DNA from: Clostridium sp. CAG:567
GTDB taxonomy: Bacteria; Bacillota; Clostridia; TANB77; CAG-508
Direction: 5' to 3'
DNA length: 64,000 bases
Assembly: GCA_000437855.1 (NCBI GenBank)
Contig: FR902169.1
Location: forward strand, 4,810-68,809
The position numbers were made by a program, and so were the translations under genes. Of this stretch, positions 1-10,119 are shown one piece after another. The notes under the pieces are model-generated. The model was not told the origin of the DNA. It worked only from the letters and a program-made list of their open reading frames with translations, and ran no database searches. The stretch's first letter is position 1; every line of letters starts with the position of its first letter.

Positions 1-391
1 CAATTGCAACTGCAATATTAATAATCATAATAGCAACATTTCTTGCTGTTGATTCTACTATTGCTGTTTTTGCTTCATTTCCAGCTTTCTCTACTGATTC
101 ATTTATATAATTTGTAATAACATCTGGCATATTTTCTTGTGTTTTTTCTTCTTCTGGTTTTTGTTCTTCTTGCTTTAAGAAACTTTGTTTAATTGCCTGT
201 TCTAAGTTTTCATCCCAGTCAGTTTTATTAATTATAAAATTTGATACAGGTTTAAATAATATAAATGCAATTATTAACGCTAATACAAATGATACTATTT
301 TTAAAAGTGATCCTGTTAAACCTTTGTGATAACCAATTAAAATACATAATGCAATTATAGCAACTATTACTAAATCAATTATTATACTCAT
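1..391 (-). CDS. CvpA-family membrane protein (N-terminal part; gene runs off the window start)
   Basis: Not in the ORF track because it is truncated. The minus frame is open from the window edge to ATG 389-391, with AGGAGG just upstream. The N-terminus MSIIIDLVIVAIIALCILIGYHKGLTGSLLKIVSF looks CvpA-like. Confidence 0.6.
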   Translation of the reverse strand, partial: MSIIIDLVIVAIIALCILIGYHKGLTGSLLKIVSFVLALIIAFILFKPVSNFIINKTDWDENLEQAIKQSFLKQEEQKPEEEKTQENMPDVITNYINESVEKAGNEAKTAIVESTARNVAIMIINIAVAI

Positions 392-402
392 TGTAACTCC
401 TC

Positions 403-1584
403 CTATAAATTAACAATTTCTATTTTGTCTCTATAAATAATTCCGGCTACGCCGTCGCCCAATATAATTTTTTCAATTACTTGAGAAGATGTATACCTTT
501 TTATAAGCCATGCATTTGTGTCTACAAAATAAACTTCATCTCCCAAATTAATTGCTATTACATTGTTACATGAATCCACAGCTTTTGCAACTTCTTCAAT
601 TGTGTATATACTTTCTTTTCCATTTGATGTGTTTTGTATTTCTATAACTGTATCTGCGCTAAAAATTCCTGTTGACTTTTCATAAGTTCTAAATATATGT
701 CCATCTAATCCTATATCTGCAAATGTAATTTTAGGGTTGTCTTCATTTAATTTTACAAGTTCAACATCAACTCCAGATTCAAATTTATGAATTCCATCAT
801 CATACATACAAATTAATTGGTTCTTGTCTTGATATTTTATTCTTAAAATTAAGCTATCTTGTGGTGCATTATATGTGTATTTTGCTTCAGTATTTTTTTC
901 TTTTACATCTTTAATTGATATTATTTTTATATTTGATTGTATTACTGTTCCAGAATTATTTACTTCTGCATAAGCAAATTCTGAATTATCTGGTGATACA
1001 TAAGCATCTACTGCAATAGTATTTGATAAATATGTTTTAAATAGCTCATTTCCTTTTGTATCAAATGTACTAATTACTGCTTTATGTGTTGTTCCTGTTA
1101 CTATTGCACATACATATCCATTTTTGTTTACTGTTACTTTATTTAAATTTCCATCTATGTTCTTTTCCCATATAACATGATCTTCTGATATTAAGTATAT
1201 TTTTTGACTATTGTTTTCTGCAATTACTAAATACTTTCCATTCACATCATATATTGGGTTATTAATTTCAATTTTTACTTCTTTCTCTTTTTTACCAGAT
1301 GCACTGTATTCATTTAAAGTATTTTCTGCAAGTACACAAATATATTTTCCATAAGTAAAAATATTTGTATTAGAATCATAATCAATTTCAATTATTGGTA
1401 CATTTTCCTCTGTTACATCTTTTCTAAATATATATCTGTCCATAAAGTTTCTAAAATTTTTATTAGTATTATATATTATTGCTGATGTAATGACTAATAT
1501 TATTAGTATAATAATTGCAATTACTATATACAATTTCTTTTTATTAAATTTTCTATCTTTTCTAAATTTTATTACTTTGTCCAT
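403..1584 (-). CDS. Hypothetical N-terminally membrane-anchored protein (repeat/beta-propeller-like ectodomain, DUF5711-like)
   Basis: 393-aa ORF with a basic N-terminus and one TM helix (LYIVIAIIILIILVITSAIIY), followed by a beta-rich repetitive body. No catalytic motif recognised. Confidence 0.5.
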   Translation of the reverse strand: MDKVIKFRKDRKFNKKKLYIVIAIIILIILVITSAIIYNTNKNFRNFMDRYIFRKDVTEENVPIIEIDYDSNTNIFTYGKYICVLAENTLNEYSASGKKEKEVKIEINNPIYDVNGKYLVIAENNSQKIYLISEDHVIWEKNIDGNLNKVTVNKNGYVCAIVTGTTHKAVISTFDTKGNELFKTYLSNTIAVDAYVSPDNSEFAYAEVNNSGTVIQSNIKIISIKDVKEKNTEAKYTYNAPQDSLILRIKYQDKNQLICMYDDGIHKFESGVDVELVKLNEDNPKITFADIGLDGHIFRTYEKSTGIFSADTVIEIQNTSNGKESIYTIEEVAKAVDSCNNVIAINLGDEVYFVDTNAWLIKRYTSSQVIEKIILGDGVAGIIYRDKIEIVNL

Positions 1585-1637
1585 TGTTTTATTCCTTTAT
1601 ATTTTTATACAATAACTATATACTACATTCAGTTAAA

Positions 1638-2639
1638 TTACAAGTATTTTACTTTCAAAATGCCCCAAATTTGTATTAACCCCAGTATACCAAATATTGG
1701 ATATAGCAAACTTACCAAATTTGAAAATCCCACTGGCGCAACTAATACTGATATTACACAAATTCCAATCATCCATATTTCTTCATTTTTATTAACATTT
1801 TTTATGAATCCATAGCCAGATGCTATTGCAGTTGTAAATATTGCAATTAATATAACTATTCCATAAATCACTGAATATATATTTCCAAATTCTTTTGTTA
1901 TCTGTATAAGTGGCAATTCCAAATTTTGCACATAATTATTTCCTCTTAATAATAAAAAATATAATGCTAAGCCAAGCACACATAAAATTGTACTGCATAA
2001 TATACTGCACATTTTTATTTGGCTTTGTTTTTTTATATATAGATTAAGTTCTATTAAGATTGGAATTAATAAAATACTGTTATAACTTGCATACAATACA
2101 CTACTAAATAACCAACCTGTGCAATAATTTATTTGGTTGTTGTTGCTTGCTATAAAATTAATATTTTTTATTCCAAGATAGCTTATAAAGAAACATAAAA
2201 ATGGTATTAATATTGTATTTATTGATACAATGCCTTTAGTATTATTCTTAAATGTTATATAGCATAATATGCTAATACATATTGCTGGAATATAAATTAA
2301 AATTTTAAATTCCTGGTTAAAGTATGCACTAAATCCAGCTATCATTACAAAAAATGATATTAATAAAAAACATTGTATTATTACTTGCATTAATTTATTT
2401 AATTTTTTATTTGTACTTAATATTAATAAAAAATCAGAATATGATTTTACAGATTTTATATTTAAAATTTTAAATACCTTATAAATAATAAATCCTGTTA
2501 TTATACATGAAAGTATCATTCCTATAATTCCCATAAATCCATATTTATTAAAAAATAAATATATTTCTTGCCCAGATGCAAAGCCTGCCCCTATTGTTGT
2601 TCCGATTATTACAAAAACAATTTTCAAAACATTTTTCAT
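1638..2639 (-). CDS. YkvI-family polytopic membrane protein (putative transporter)
   Basis: 333 aa with about 10 TM segments. The N-terminal IGTTIGAGFASGQEI motif is typical of the YkvI family. Confidence 0.6.
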   Translation of the reverse strand: MKNVLKIVFVIIGTTIGAGFASGQEIYLFFNKYGFMGIIGMILSCIITGFIIYKVFKILNIKSVKSYSDFLLILSTNKKLNKLMQVIIQCFLLISFFVMIAGFSAYFNQEFKILIYIPAICISILCYITFKNNTKGIVSINTILIPFLCFFISYLGIKNINFIASNNNQINYCTGWLFSSVLYASYNSILLIPILIELNLYIKKQSQIKMCSILCSTILCVLGLALYFLLLRGNNYVQNLELPLIQITKEFGNIYSVIYGIVILIAIFTTAIASGYGFIKNVNKNEEIWMIGICVISVLVAPVGFSNLVSLLYPIFGILGLIQIWGILKVKYL

Positions 2640-2682
2640 AAAAAAACTCCCTCATATAAAATATATGAAGGAGTTTTAAATT

Positions 2683-4131
2683 TTATTTCTTTCTTCTTCT
2701 AACTTGCCATACTACAATTCCTACAATTATTATAACTACTGGTATACCAAATATTATTGATAAAATAATTTTTGTTTGATTTTCTGTAACATCATAAGTA
2801 GTAACTGTTTCACCGGCTTTTCGAATTGTTATATTATCTTCTCTTTCAGTTAAATATGATACTGAATTTAATAATATATCTTCATTATTGCAAAATTCTA
2901 TAGCATATCTATAATACATACCCATTTGTATTTGCGCATTTGTTGCAAATGCAGTATTTGAAAATACTATTAATTTTGAAATTTTATCTTCACTTATTGT
3001 TTTTGTAAGCATTGCAGCAACTGTAGCTCCTGAAGCACTCTCGTCACTTGATATTTTAGTTTGACTACTTGATGTTAAATCAGTTCTATAAAATGCTTTA
3101 TCACTTGCTGTTGCTAAAGTTTCTAGAGTAACATTTTTCTTAGCTAATTCATCTGTTGATTCAAATGTTAGTTTTCCTGCTGTCATCATACATACATTTA
3201 GCCCCATGTTAATATCTTTTACAAGTTCAGAACTTGTATTTATAGATGCGATTATATATGAAGGTGCTCCTGATACCATTTTGCTACTGTTAGCTTCCAT
3301 AATAAATCCTTCTGAATTTTTTACTCCATATACATCTAATATTTTTTGGAAATTAGGTGTTTTTATTTTACCCAAATTTGGATCCATTAATAGTAAAATT
3401 TCTCCACCATTGTTGATATATTTTAATATTTCATCTTTTTCTTTTTTATCTATATCATTTTTTAAAGCTGTAATCACTAATACTTTACAGTCTTTTGGTA
3501 TACTTCCTGCTGTTAACAAGTTTAAGTATTCAACCTGATTAACTTCTGATTCTAATGAACTTTCTAAATATTGAAAATATCCATCATTATACAAATTATG
3601 ACCTGTTAAAATACATATTTTAGGTTTTATATTTGTTGTAACATCTAAAATTGCATTTGTTATTGCCTCTTCTGTTATATCTATTTGTTCATGAGTACTA
3701 TAATCATAAGTATATAAGTCACTATCTTGTAAAATTTTAATTTTTGACTCAGTTTCAACTGCAACAAATGATGATGTATCAGTTAAGCCATATTCTGTCT
3801 TCCATTCTTGTTTTGAAGTTAAATTTTCAAGTTTTTCAACTGTTATGTTATCATTTAGTGTTGCATACTTGTTTGCAAAATCTTCTACATATTCATACAT
3901 ATTGTATGTTGTAATTGTAATTTTTTGATCTAAATTTTCAAGCTTATCTTTTGTTGCTTGAGATATAGAATAAATCTTATCTTTTGTAAAATCTAAATCT
4001 GTTATATTAGCTTTGTCTACAAAATAACTGATTGTTAAAAATGCACATATTATAATAGCAAATAGTAAAATAGTAAGTACAACACTTTGTAGCCATCTCT
4101 TTTTTATAATTTCTATAAATTTTTCTTTCAT
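2683..4131 (-). CDS. GldG-like auxiliary component of an ABC-type transport system
   Basis: 482 aa with N- and C-terminal TM anchors (C-terminus ...VVWQVRRRKK) around a large extracytoplasmic domain. Last gene of an operon with an ABC-2 permease and an ATPase. Confidence 0.6.
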   Translation of the reverse strand: MKEKFIEIIKKRWLQSVVLTILLFAIIICAFLTISYFVDKANITDLDFTKDKIYSISQATKDKLENLDQKITITTYNMYEYVEDFANKYATLNDNITVEKLENLTSKQEWKTEYGLTDTSSFVAVETESKIKILQDSDLYTYDYSTHEQIDITEEAITNAILDVTTNIKPKICILTGHNLYNDGYFQYLESSLESEVNQVEYLNLLTAGSIPKDCKVLVITALKNDIDKKEKDEILKYINNGGEILLLMDPNLGKIKTPNFQKILDVYGVKNSEGFIMEANSSKMVSGAPSYIIASINTSSELVKDINMGLNVCMMTAGKLTFESTDELAKKNVTLETLATASDKAFYRTDLTSSSQTKISSDESASGATVAAMLTKTISEDKISKLIVFSNTAFATNAQIQMGMYYRYAIEFCNNEDILLNSVSYLTEREDNITIRKAGETVTTYDVTENQTKIILSIIFGIPVVIIIVGIVVWQVRRRKK

Positions 4132-4149
4132 GCTTTTTCATCCTTTCTA

Positions 4150-4833
4150 TTATTTTATTGATTTTTTTCTTTGCATAATAATAATTGTAAATAAAATAAA
4201 TACTACTGTTATTCCCAATAAATTAACAACTTCAGACATTGATATTAATCCTGCTGGGAATTTTTGATAATTGCTCATTAAATCAATAATAGAAAAGTTA
4301 TCATTTAGGTTTGGTAAAAACCATGAGCTTACAAAAAATACTATTGTAACAACTGCAGAAATAATTTGATTTTCTGTTAAACTAGATATAAACATTCCTA
4401 TAGAAATTGCAGCCATTCCTACTAGTAAAAATCCTAGTATCATAACAAGTGTTGGCACTAAGTTTGGTGCTTTAAAAAAGCATAAAATTGCATAATATAT
4501 AAGTGAAAATATTAATGTTATTACTATTACACTAACACCTGCGAAAAATTTTCCAAGTACTATTTCAGTAATACTTCTTGGAGATGTTAGTAATAATTGC
4601 TCTGTTCCATTTTTTCTTTCTTCTGCAAACATTCTCATTGTTAGTATTGGAACAATAATTAGTAGCCCATACCTTGCTGTATTAAAGTATAAATTTCCTA
4701 TGTCATATCCTCCTACACTAACAGTTGTTAGGTAGAAAAATAAACTAAATATTAATAAAAATAAGCCTATTGTTATATATCCTGTAGGAGATAAAAAATA
4801 ACTTTTTAATTCTTTTTTATAAATTGCAAACAT
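4150..4833 (-). CDS. ABC-2 type transporter permease (GldF-like)
   Basis: 227 aa with 6 TM segments. Its start overlaps the upstream ATPase stop by 1 nt (4833). Confidence 0.7.
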   Translation of the reverse strand: MFAIYKKELKSYFLSPTGYITIGLFLLIFSLFFYLTTVSVGGYDIGNLYFNTARYGLLIIVPILTMRMFAEERKNGTEQLLLTSPRSITEIVLGKFFAGVSVIVITLIFSLIYYAILCFFKAPNLVPTLVMILGFLLVGMAAISIGMFISSLTENQIISAVVTIVFFVSSWFLPNLNDNFSIIDLMSNYQKFPAGLISMSEVVNLLGITVVFILFTIIIMQRKKSIK

Positions 4834-5876
4834 TACTCTTTTCCTCCTTTACTTTGTTTTTTAGCTTTCTTTTCTTCTTTTTCTTTAATTTTCTTTTCCT
4901 TTATTTTCTCTTTTGATTCTTCTTTGTTTGTATTTTCTTTTTTGTCAGAATCAATTAATTTTATAAATGCATCTTCTAATGTGGATTCATCCTTTTTAAG
5001 TTCAAAAATTGTGATATCCTGTTTTGGTAAAATTTCAAATATTTTTTTTCTTAAGTCAACCTTATCTGCTGATGTAACAGCATATTGTTTTGTACCATCT
5101 TCATTATCTTTTACCAATTTAATCTCTTCAATTTCTTTAACTTCTTCTTTTAGGTTTTTCATTTTTTCATTTTTGTCTTCAACTGTAACAAGAATTGTAT
5201 TTTTCTCTTTTGTTTTATTTTCCAAGTTTTCAGGAGTATCTATCACAACAATTTTTCCGTGATTTATAATTATTACTCTTTCACAAATTTGGCTAACTTC
5301 TGATAGAATATGGCTACTTAAAATTACCGTATGTTTTTTTCCTAGTTCCTTTATTAGACTTCTAATTTCAGTAATTTGCTTTGGATCAAGTCCAACCGTA
5401 GGTTCATCTAGAATTATTACTTCTGGATTTCCTACTAAAGCTCCTGCCATACTTACTCTTTGTTTATATCCTCTTGATAAATTTTTAATTAGCTTGTTTT
5501 GTACATCTTTTAATCCTGTTTCTTCAATTGCTTTTTCTACTGCTTCTTTTCTTTCCTTAGCTTTAACATCTTTTAGCTCAGCCATATAATTTACGAATTC
5601 TCTTGCAGTTAGTTCTGTATACAAAGGAACCCCCTCTGGCATATACCCAATTTGTTTTTTTGCTTTCTTTGATTTTTTTACAATATCAAAGCCATTAATA
5701 ATAATTTGCCCTTCTGTAGGCTCAATAAATCCTGTTATCATATTCATAGTTGTAGTTTTTCCTGCTCCATTAGGACCTAAAAAACCAACTACTTCACCAT
5801 CTTTTATTGTAAAATTAATATTGTCTACTGCTTTGATATTAGGATATTTTTTCGTGACATTTTTTACTTCTATCAC
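4833..5876 (-). CDS. ABC transporter ATP-binding protein with Lys/Glu-rich C-terminal tail
   Basis: Walker A GPNGAGKTT, signature LSRGYKQR, Walker B VIILDEPT. The last ~45 aa are a low-complexity KE-rich tail. Confidence 0.9.
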   Translation of the reverse strand: MIEVKNVTKKYPNIKAVDNINFTIKDGEVVGFLGPNGAGKTTTMNMITGFIEPTEGQIIINGFDIVKKSKKAKKQIGYMPEGVPLYTELTAREFVNYMAELKDVKAKERKEAVEKAIEETGLKDVQNKLIKNLSRGYKQRVSMAGALVGNPEVIILDEPTVGLDPKQITEIRSLIKELGKKHTVILSSHILSEVSQICERVIIINHGKIVVIDTPENLENKTKEKNTILVTVEDKNEKMKNLKEEVKEIEEIKLVKDNEDGTKQYAVTSADKVDLRKKIFEILPKQDITIFELKKDESTLEDAFIKLIDSDKKENTNKEESKEKIKEKKIKEKEEKKAKKQSKGGKE

Positions 5877-6021
5877 TTTAGATTCCTCCTTTTTCTTGTT
5901 TCCGTATGTTTTATACCTCGTTATCTTATCACTATCTTATTTCCCTGGCAATGTTTTTGTAAATATTTCACATAGAATTTACATTTTTTGAATATAAATC
6001 AAATCAAAGAGGTGTAACTTT

Positions 6022-6630
6022 ATGGAATTTATTTATCCTTTTTTTATTTCATTTTTGATGGTTTTTGTGAGCGAACTTGGTGATAAAACTCAACTTTTAG
6101 TTTTATCTTTTTCTGGTAAAGATAAAACTTTTAAAATTTTATTAGGTGTTGCCATTGGCTCCTTTTTTAGTCATGGATTGGCTATTTTATTGGGAAGTAG
6201 TCTAGCACTTTTTGAAAATCAAATTTTACATCATACAATTGAATTAATTACATATTCTTCTTTTATTATAATGGGAATTCTCTCTTTACTACCTAAAAAA
6301 GAAAAATTAGTAATGGATAATTCCAAAAAAGAAAATTTACTATATAAAATTACAAATTTAAAAATTAATTATTGTTTTTTAATTGCATTATGCATAATGG
6401 TTGGGGAACTTGGAGATAAAACTTTTTTAGCATCTATTGGACTTGGAATTCAATATTCTAACTATAAACTCTCTTTAATTTTAGGTGCAATTTTCGCAAT
6501 GGTTGCATGTGATTATATTGCTATAGTTTTAGGAAGATTTTTAAATAAATATATTTCTGAACAATCAATGCAAAAACTTTCTGGAATTCTATTTTTGATT
6601 TTTGGATTTATCGGTTTTATTTCAATGTAA
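6022..6630 (+). CDS. TMEM165/GDT1 (UPF0016) family cation (Mn2+/Ca2+) transporter
   Basis: Two copies of the family signature E-x-G-D-K-T (SELGDKTQ and GELGDKTF), one in each half of a 6-TM protein. Confidence 0.8.
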   Translation: MEFIYPFFISFLMVFVSELGDKTQLLVLSFSGKDKTFKILLGVAIGSFFSHGLAILLGSSLALFENQILHHTIELITYSSFIIMGILSLLPKKEKLVMDNSKKENLLYKITNLKINYCFLIALCIMVGELGDKTFLASIGLGIQYSNYKLSLILGAIFAMVACDYIAIVLGRFLNKYISEQSMQKLSGILFLIFGFIGFISM

Positions 6631-6696
6631 ATTGCTTTTTTAGCTTAATCATGTTATAATTATATAGTCGAAAATAAATAAGAAAGAGGAATAATT

Positions 6697-6984
6697 ATGA
6701 CAAGTAAACAAAGAGCTTATTTAAGAGGTTTAGCAAACTCAATTGATCCTATTTTTCAAATTGGAAAATCTGGATTGTCTGAAAATTTGTTAAAACAATT
6801 AGATGATGCTTTAGAAGCAAGAGAATTAATTAAAATAAATGTATTAGAAAATTCTGGCGAAGATGTAAAATCTTTAGGTAATACAATTGCAGATAGTATA
6901 AACGCTGTTTGTGTTCAAACTGTAGGAAATAAAATCACTTTATATAGAGCTAGAAAGAAAAATCCAATTATTTTACCAGACTAA
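6697..6984 (+). CDS. yhbY: YhbY-family (CRM domain) RNA-binding protein
   Basis: 95 aa. KQRAYLRGLAN...PIFQIGKSGLSENL...ELIKI matches the YhbY/CRS1 fold signature. GAGG RBS present. Confidence 0.8.
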   Translation: MTSKQRAYLRGLANSIDPIFQIGKSGLSENLLKQLDDALEARELIKINVLENSGEDVKSLGNTIADSINAVCVQTVGNKITLYRARKKNPIILPD

Positions 6985-7000
6985 AAAAACAATCCTTATT

Positions 7001-7726
7001 TTAAGGATTGTTTTTTAATAAATCTCTTACATATACTTGATTGCCTTCTCTGTCTTTTGTTCTTAAATTTGGAAATGTTTTTTCCATACGCTCATTTGTA
7101 AAATAGTCATTTTCTATTTTAGAAATTATACTATTATTATTTTTTGTTTCAATTGTCTCATTATAATATGTTGCAATCGCACGATTTTCGTAAGTATTTA
7201 TGCTCCATATAGTTACAAGCATATCAATTAATAAAAATAATGCAAACGCTATTTCAATAGGCCATTTTATTTTGCCAGAAATCTTATTAACCAGCTTATC
7301 CATCCTTGGCTTTACAAATCTCATCATTCCAATTGTTAAAAATCCCCAAAACAATGAATATAACAAGCAAATTCTACCGTTTATATCTTTTCCAACATAA
7401 GAATAATCCCAAAATCTAGCACCATATATAGCTTCTATACAGTAGCTTAATAAATATTCAACAACCGAACCTATTAAATATCCCAATATAAATAATTTAA
7501 AATAGTTTTTCTTGTCCACCTTGTTTAATAATATTATTAAGCATGTACCACCTACTCCATATATTGGGCAAAATGGACCCCATATAAATCCTTTTCTACT
7601 TTCCCAAATTCCCATAGTAAATCGTGCATATAAAGTTTCTATTGCTAAGCCCAACATGCTAAATAATACAAAATACCAGAAAATTTGATGTACATTAATC
7701 TTTTTTTCTTCTTCCATATATTTCAC
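7001..7726 (-). CDS. Polytopic membrane protein, 'putative ABC-transporter type IV' (CmpB/DUF1113-like)
   Basis: 241 aa with multiple TM segments. WYFVLFSMLGLAIETLY...GPFCPIYGVG resembles that family. Confidence 0.5.
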   Translation of the reverse strand: MKYMEEEKKINVHQIFWYFVLFSMLGLAIETLYARFTMGIWESRKGFIWGPFCPIYGVGGTCLIILLNKVDKKNYFKLFILGYLIGSVVEYLLSYCIEAIYGARFWDYSYVGKDINGRICLLYSLFWGFLTIGMMRFVKPRMDKLVNKISGKIKWPIEIAFALFLLIDMLVTIWSINTYENRAIATYYNETIETKNNNSIISKIENDYFTNERMEKTFPNLRTKDREGNQVYVRDLLKNNP

Positions 7727-7783
7727 CTGTTTTGATTATAACTTACCTTTATATTTTTTTCCAGTGTTTTTTACTATTTTTTA

Positions 7784-7812
7784 TTGACAGGATTTAAAAA
7801 TCGTGTTATTAT
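7784..7812 (+). promoter_or_regulatory. Sigma-A-type promoter for tRNA-Arg(TCT)
   Basis: TTGACA (7784-7789), 17-nt spacer, TGT-TATTAT extended -10 (7804-7812), about 40 nt upstream of the tRNA. Confidence 0.5.
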
Positions 7813-7852
7813 AGTATTTGCTAATAGATAAATATTTTTTCTATTCACTAAT

Positions 7853-7929
<77 letters not shown>

Positions 7930-7930
7930 A

Positions 7931-7965
7931 AAAGATATTCATATATAATATGAATATCTTTTTTA
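7931..7965 (+). terminator. Rho-independent terminator after tRNA-Arg
   Basis: Perfect 14-bp stem aaagatattcatat/atatgaatatcttt with a 3-nt loop, followed by a T-run. Confidence 0.8.
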
Positions 7966-8116
7966 TTTTTTCATGATATCAATATATAATTTTATTATTG
8001 ATTAAGATTTTATTTAATCATAAAATTGTAATGACAAATAAATCTAATATTTAAAAATCATATAGTCTTATATAATAAATTTTTAAACATTAGTTTGAAA
8101 TGGGGAAATTACAAAT

Positions 8117-8498
8117 ATGAATATTGATAGAATGATGAACATTTATAGTGTATTTACTGGATGTAAAATGGGTAAATCAATTGATAATGAGCAAAAAAGT
8201 AAAATAGTTGAAATTTTAGCTCAGGAAATATCGGCAGTATGTAAGACTAAAACAAGAAATTATAAATCTATTAAATGAAAATGATATAGGTTATTTGATA
8301 AATCGTACTGGAAGATTTAGTAGAATATGCCAAGACGGAATTTATAGTCCTACTAGTAATAATTTGTATGTAAAAGACGAATATATTGAATATATGATTG
8401 AATCTGGTAAAAGTAGCATAGTTGTTATTCATGAAGCAATACATAAGTTACAAAAACTCTCATTGCCAGAACAAGCATCTCAAGGCATTCAAACTTAA
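8117..8498 (+). pseudogene. Possible frameshifted remnant of an HExxH-motif protein
   Basis: A 53-codon ORF (8117-8278) ends where a second frame, open from ~8216, continues to 8498 and contains VVIHEAIHKL (HExxH). The two frames overlap as expected for a 1-nt frameshift. Confidence 0.3.
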
Positions 8499-8571
8499 CA
8501 TTGTTGACCCTTCAAGTCCTCAGCTTATTTAGTGGATATCATTCCACTAAATAAGCTTTGATGGCACATAT

Positions 8572-8604
8572 AAACGTAGCTAAATAATTTAGCTACGTTT
8601 TTTT
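8572..8604. terminator. Bidirectional terminator between convergent units
   Basis: 13-bp stem aaacgtagctaaa/tttagctacgttt with a 3-nt loop, flanked by A-run and T-run. Lies just downstream of the aminopeptidase stop (8618). Confidence 0.7.
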
Positions 8605-8617
8605 ATTTTTTATTTAA

Positions 8618-10027
8618 TTATGCATTTTTCCAAAATGCCTCATATCCCCTATGTGCTTCATATAAATCTAATTTACTTGTAACCTCATAAGGTGAATGCA
8701 TTGAAAGTACCGGAACACCACAATCAATAACATCTATTCCTTTATTAGCTAAAATATATGCTATTGTGCCTCCTCCTCCAATATCTACTTTTCCAAGTTC
8801 AGCAATTTGATATCTAACATCATTTTCTTCAAATATCTTTCTAACTTCTGCCACAAACTCAGCATTTGCATCAGATGCTCCAGATTTTCCTCTAGCTCCT
8901 GTATATTTATTAAGTCCTATTCCTCTTCCTAAATATGATGCATTATTTTTTTCTGAAACACTTGCATATATTGGATCTAGTCCAGCATCCACATCTGCTG
9001 ATAACATTTTAGAATTACAAAAAACTTTTTCCAATAAATTAGGTCTATTTATTCCTAATTTGTTTAATATTTCTGAAATGAATGTATCAAATACATGTGA
9101 TTCCATACCTGTATTTCCCATACTTCCGATCTCCTCTTTATCAGATATAATGCATACTGCTGTCTTAACAGGATTTTGCACATTCATTAATGCTGTTAAA
9201 GATGCATAAACACATATTTTATCATCTTGCCCATAACCAGCAACCATGCTATTATCAAATCCCATGCTTCTGCAAGGCATTGCTGGTACTAACTCTATTT
9301 CTGAACTTAATAAATCTTTTTCTGTTATTCCATATTTTTCATTTAATATATTTAAAATATTTAATTTAACAGATTCAGCTATTTCACTACCTATTGGCAT
9401 ACTTCCAATTAGTAAATTTAAATCTTCTCCATCAATTCCGTCTGCTAATTTTTTCTTCATTTGGTCTTGTGCTAAGTGTGGTAATAAATCTGTAATTGTA
9501 AATATTGGATCATTCATATCTTCTCCTATATTTACAGTTATTTTTTCGCCATTTGTTTTAACTATAACTCCATGTATTGCTAGTGGAATTGTTGTCCATT
9601 GATATTTTTTTATTCCACCATAATAATGTGTTTTTAAGTATGCAAATTCAGAATCTTCATATAAAGGATTTGGTTTTAAGTCTAACCTTGGAGAATCTGC
9701 ATGTGCACCTATTATATTCATTCCCTCTTCAATACTTTTTTCTCCTATAACAGCTAAATACATGCTTTTTCCACGGTTGTTCCAGTAAACTTTATCTCCT
9801 GGTTTTAAAGTTTCACAATCTTTTATATCTTTAAATCCATTTTGATGTGCTATCTCTGTTGAAGTATTTATAATCTCTCTTTCTGTCTTTGATTTATTCA
9901 TATAATTTATATAGCCTTTAGCATATTCAAAAATTTTTTGTTTTTGTTCTTCTGTTTTTGCATTCCAGCCATTTTCCTTTTTATTAAATAATTTACTTTT
10001 TAATTCTTCAGCTTCTTTTTTGTCCAT
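8618..10027 (-). CDS. M18-family aminopeptidase
   Basis: 469 aa. IIGAHADSPRLDLKP, KICVYAS and SMHSPYE are motifs typical of M18 aminopeptidases. Confidence 0.85.
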   Translation of the reverse strand: MDKKEAEELKSKLFNKKENGWNAKTEEQKQKIFEYAKGYINYMNKSKTEREIINTSTEIAHQNGFKDIKDCETLKPGDKVYWNNRGKSMYLAVIGEKSIEEGMNIIGAHADSPRLDLKPNPLYEDSEFAYLKTHYYGGIKKYQWTTIPLAIHGVIVKTNGEKITVNIGEDMNDPIFTITDLLPHLAQDQMKKKLADGIDGEDLNLLIGSMPIGSEIAESVKLNILNILNEKYGITEKDLLSSEIELVPAMPCRSMGFDNSMVAGYGQDDKICVYASLTALMNVQNPVKTAVCIISDKEEIGSMGNTGMESHVFDTFISEILNKLGINRPNLLEKVFCNSKMLSADVDAGLDPIYASVSEKNNASYLGRGIGLNKYTGARGKSGASDANAEFVAEVRKIFEENDVRYQIAELGKVDIGGGGTIAYILANKGIDVIDCGVPVLSMHSPYEVTSKLDLYEAHRGYEAFWKNA

Positions 10028-10119
10028 CTTTTGTCTCCTTCCATTTTTTTGTTATTGTATCACAACATTTTACAATTAGTATACACAATTTCAAAAAAAT
10101 TATTTAGTTTTTTTACTTT

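Noticed and set aside
3206-3538. Antisense 'shadow' ORFs in the six-frame track. These include 3206-3538, 4924-5262, 7200-7400, 9246-9602, 10177-10404, 11469-11741, 12178-12459, 13359-13559, 17186-17419, 22676-23008, 24425-24803, 26245-26571, 29231-31257 (several), 35811-36041, 41726-42010, 44042-44245, 48112-48345, 50131-50466, 51071-52348, 57307-57576 and 61219-61635.
   Set aside because: Each lies wholly inside a longer opposite-strand gene with clear family motifs. They lack RBSs and have the low-complexity Phe/Ile/Leu/Ser composition expected from the reverse complement of AT-rich coding sequence.
4833-5745. Lys/Glu-rich C-terminal tail of the ABC ATPase as a separate feature
   Set aside because: It is a low-complexity extension in frame with the ATPase, with no independent signal. 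It is mentioned only in the feature evidence. Coordinates are given high-to-low because the gene is on the minus strand.
5877-6021. yybP-ykoY (Mn2+) riboswitch upstream of the GDT1/UPF0016 transporter
   Set aside because: The leader is short, AT-rich and lacks the conserved GGGGAGUAG-type core. No terminator/antiterminator pair was seen.
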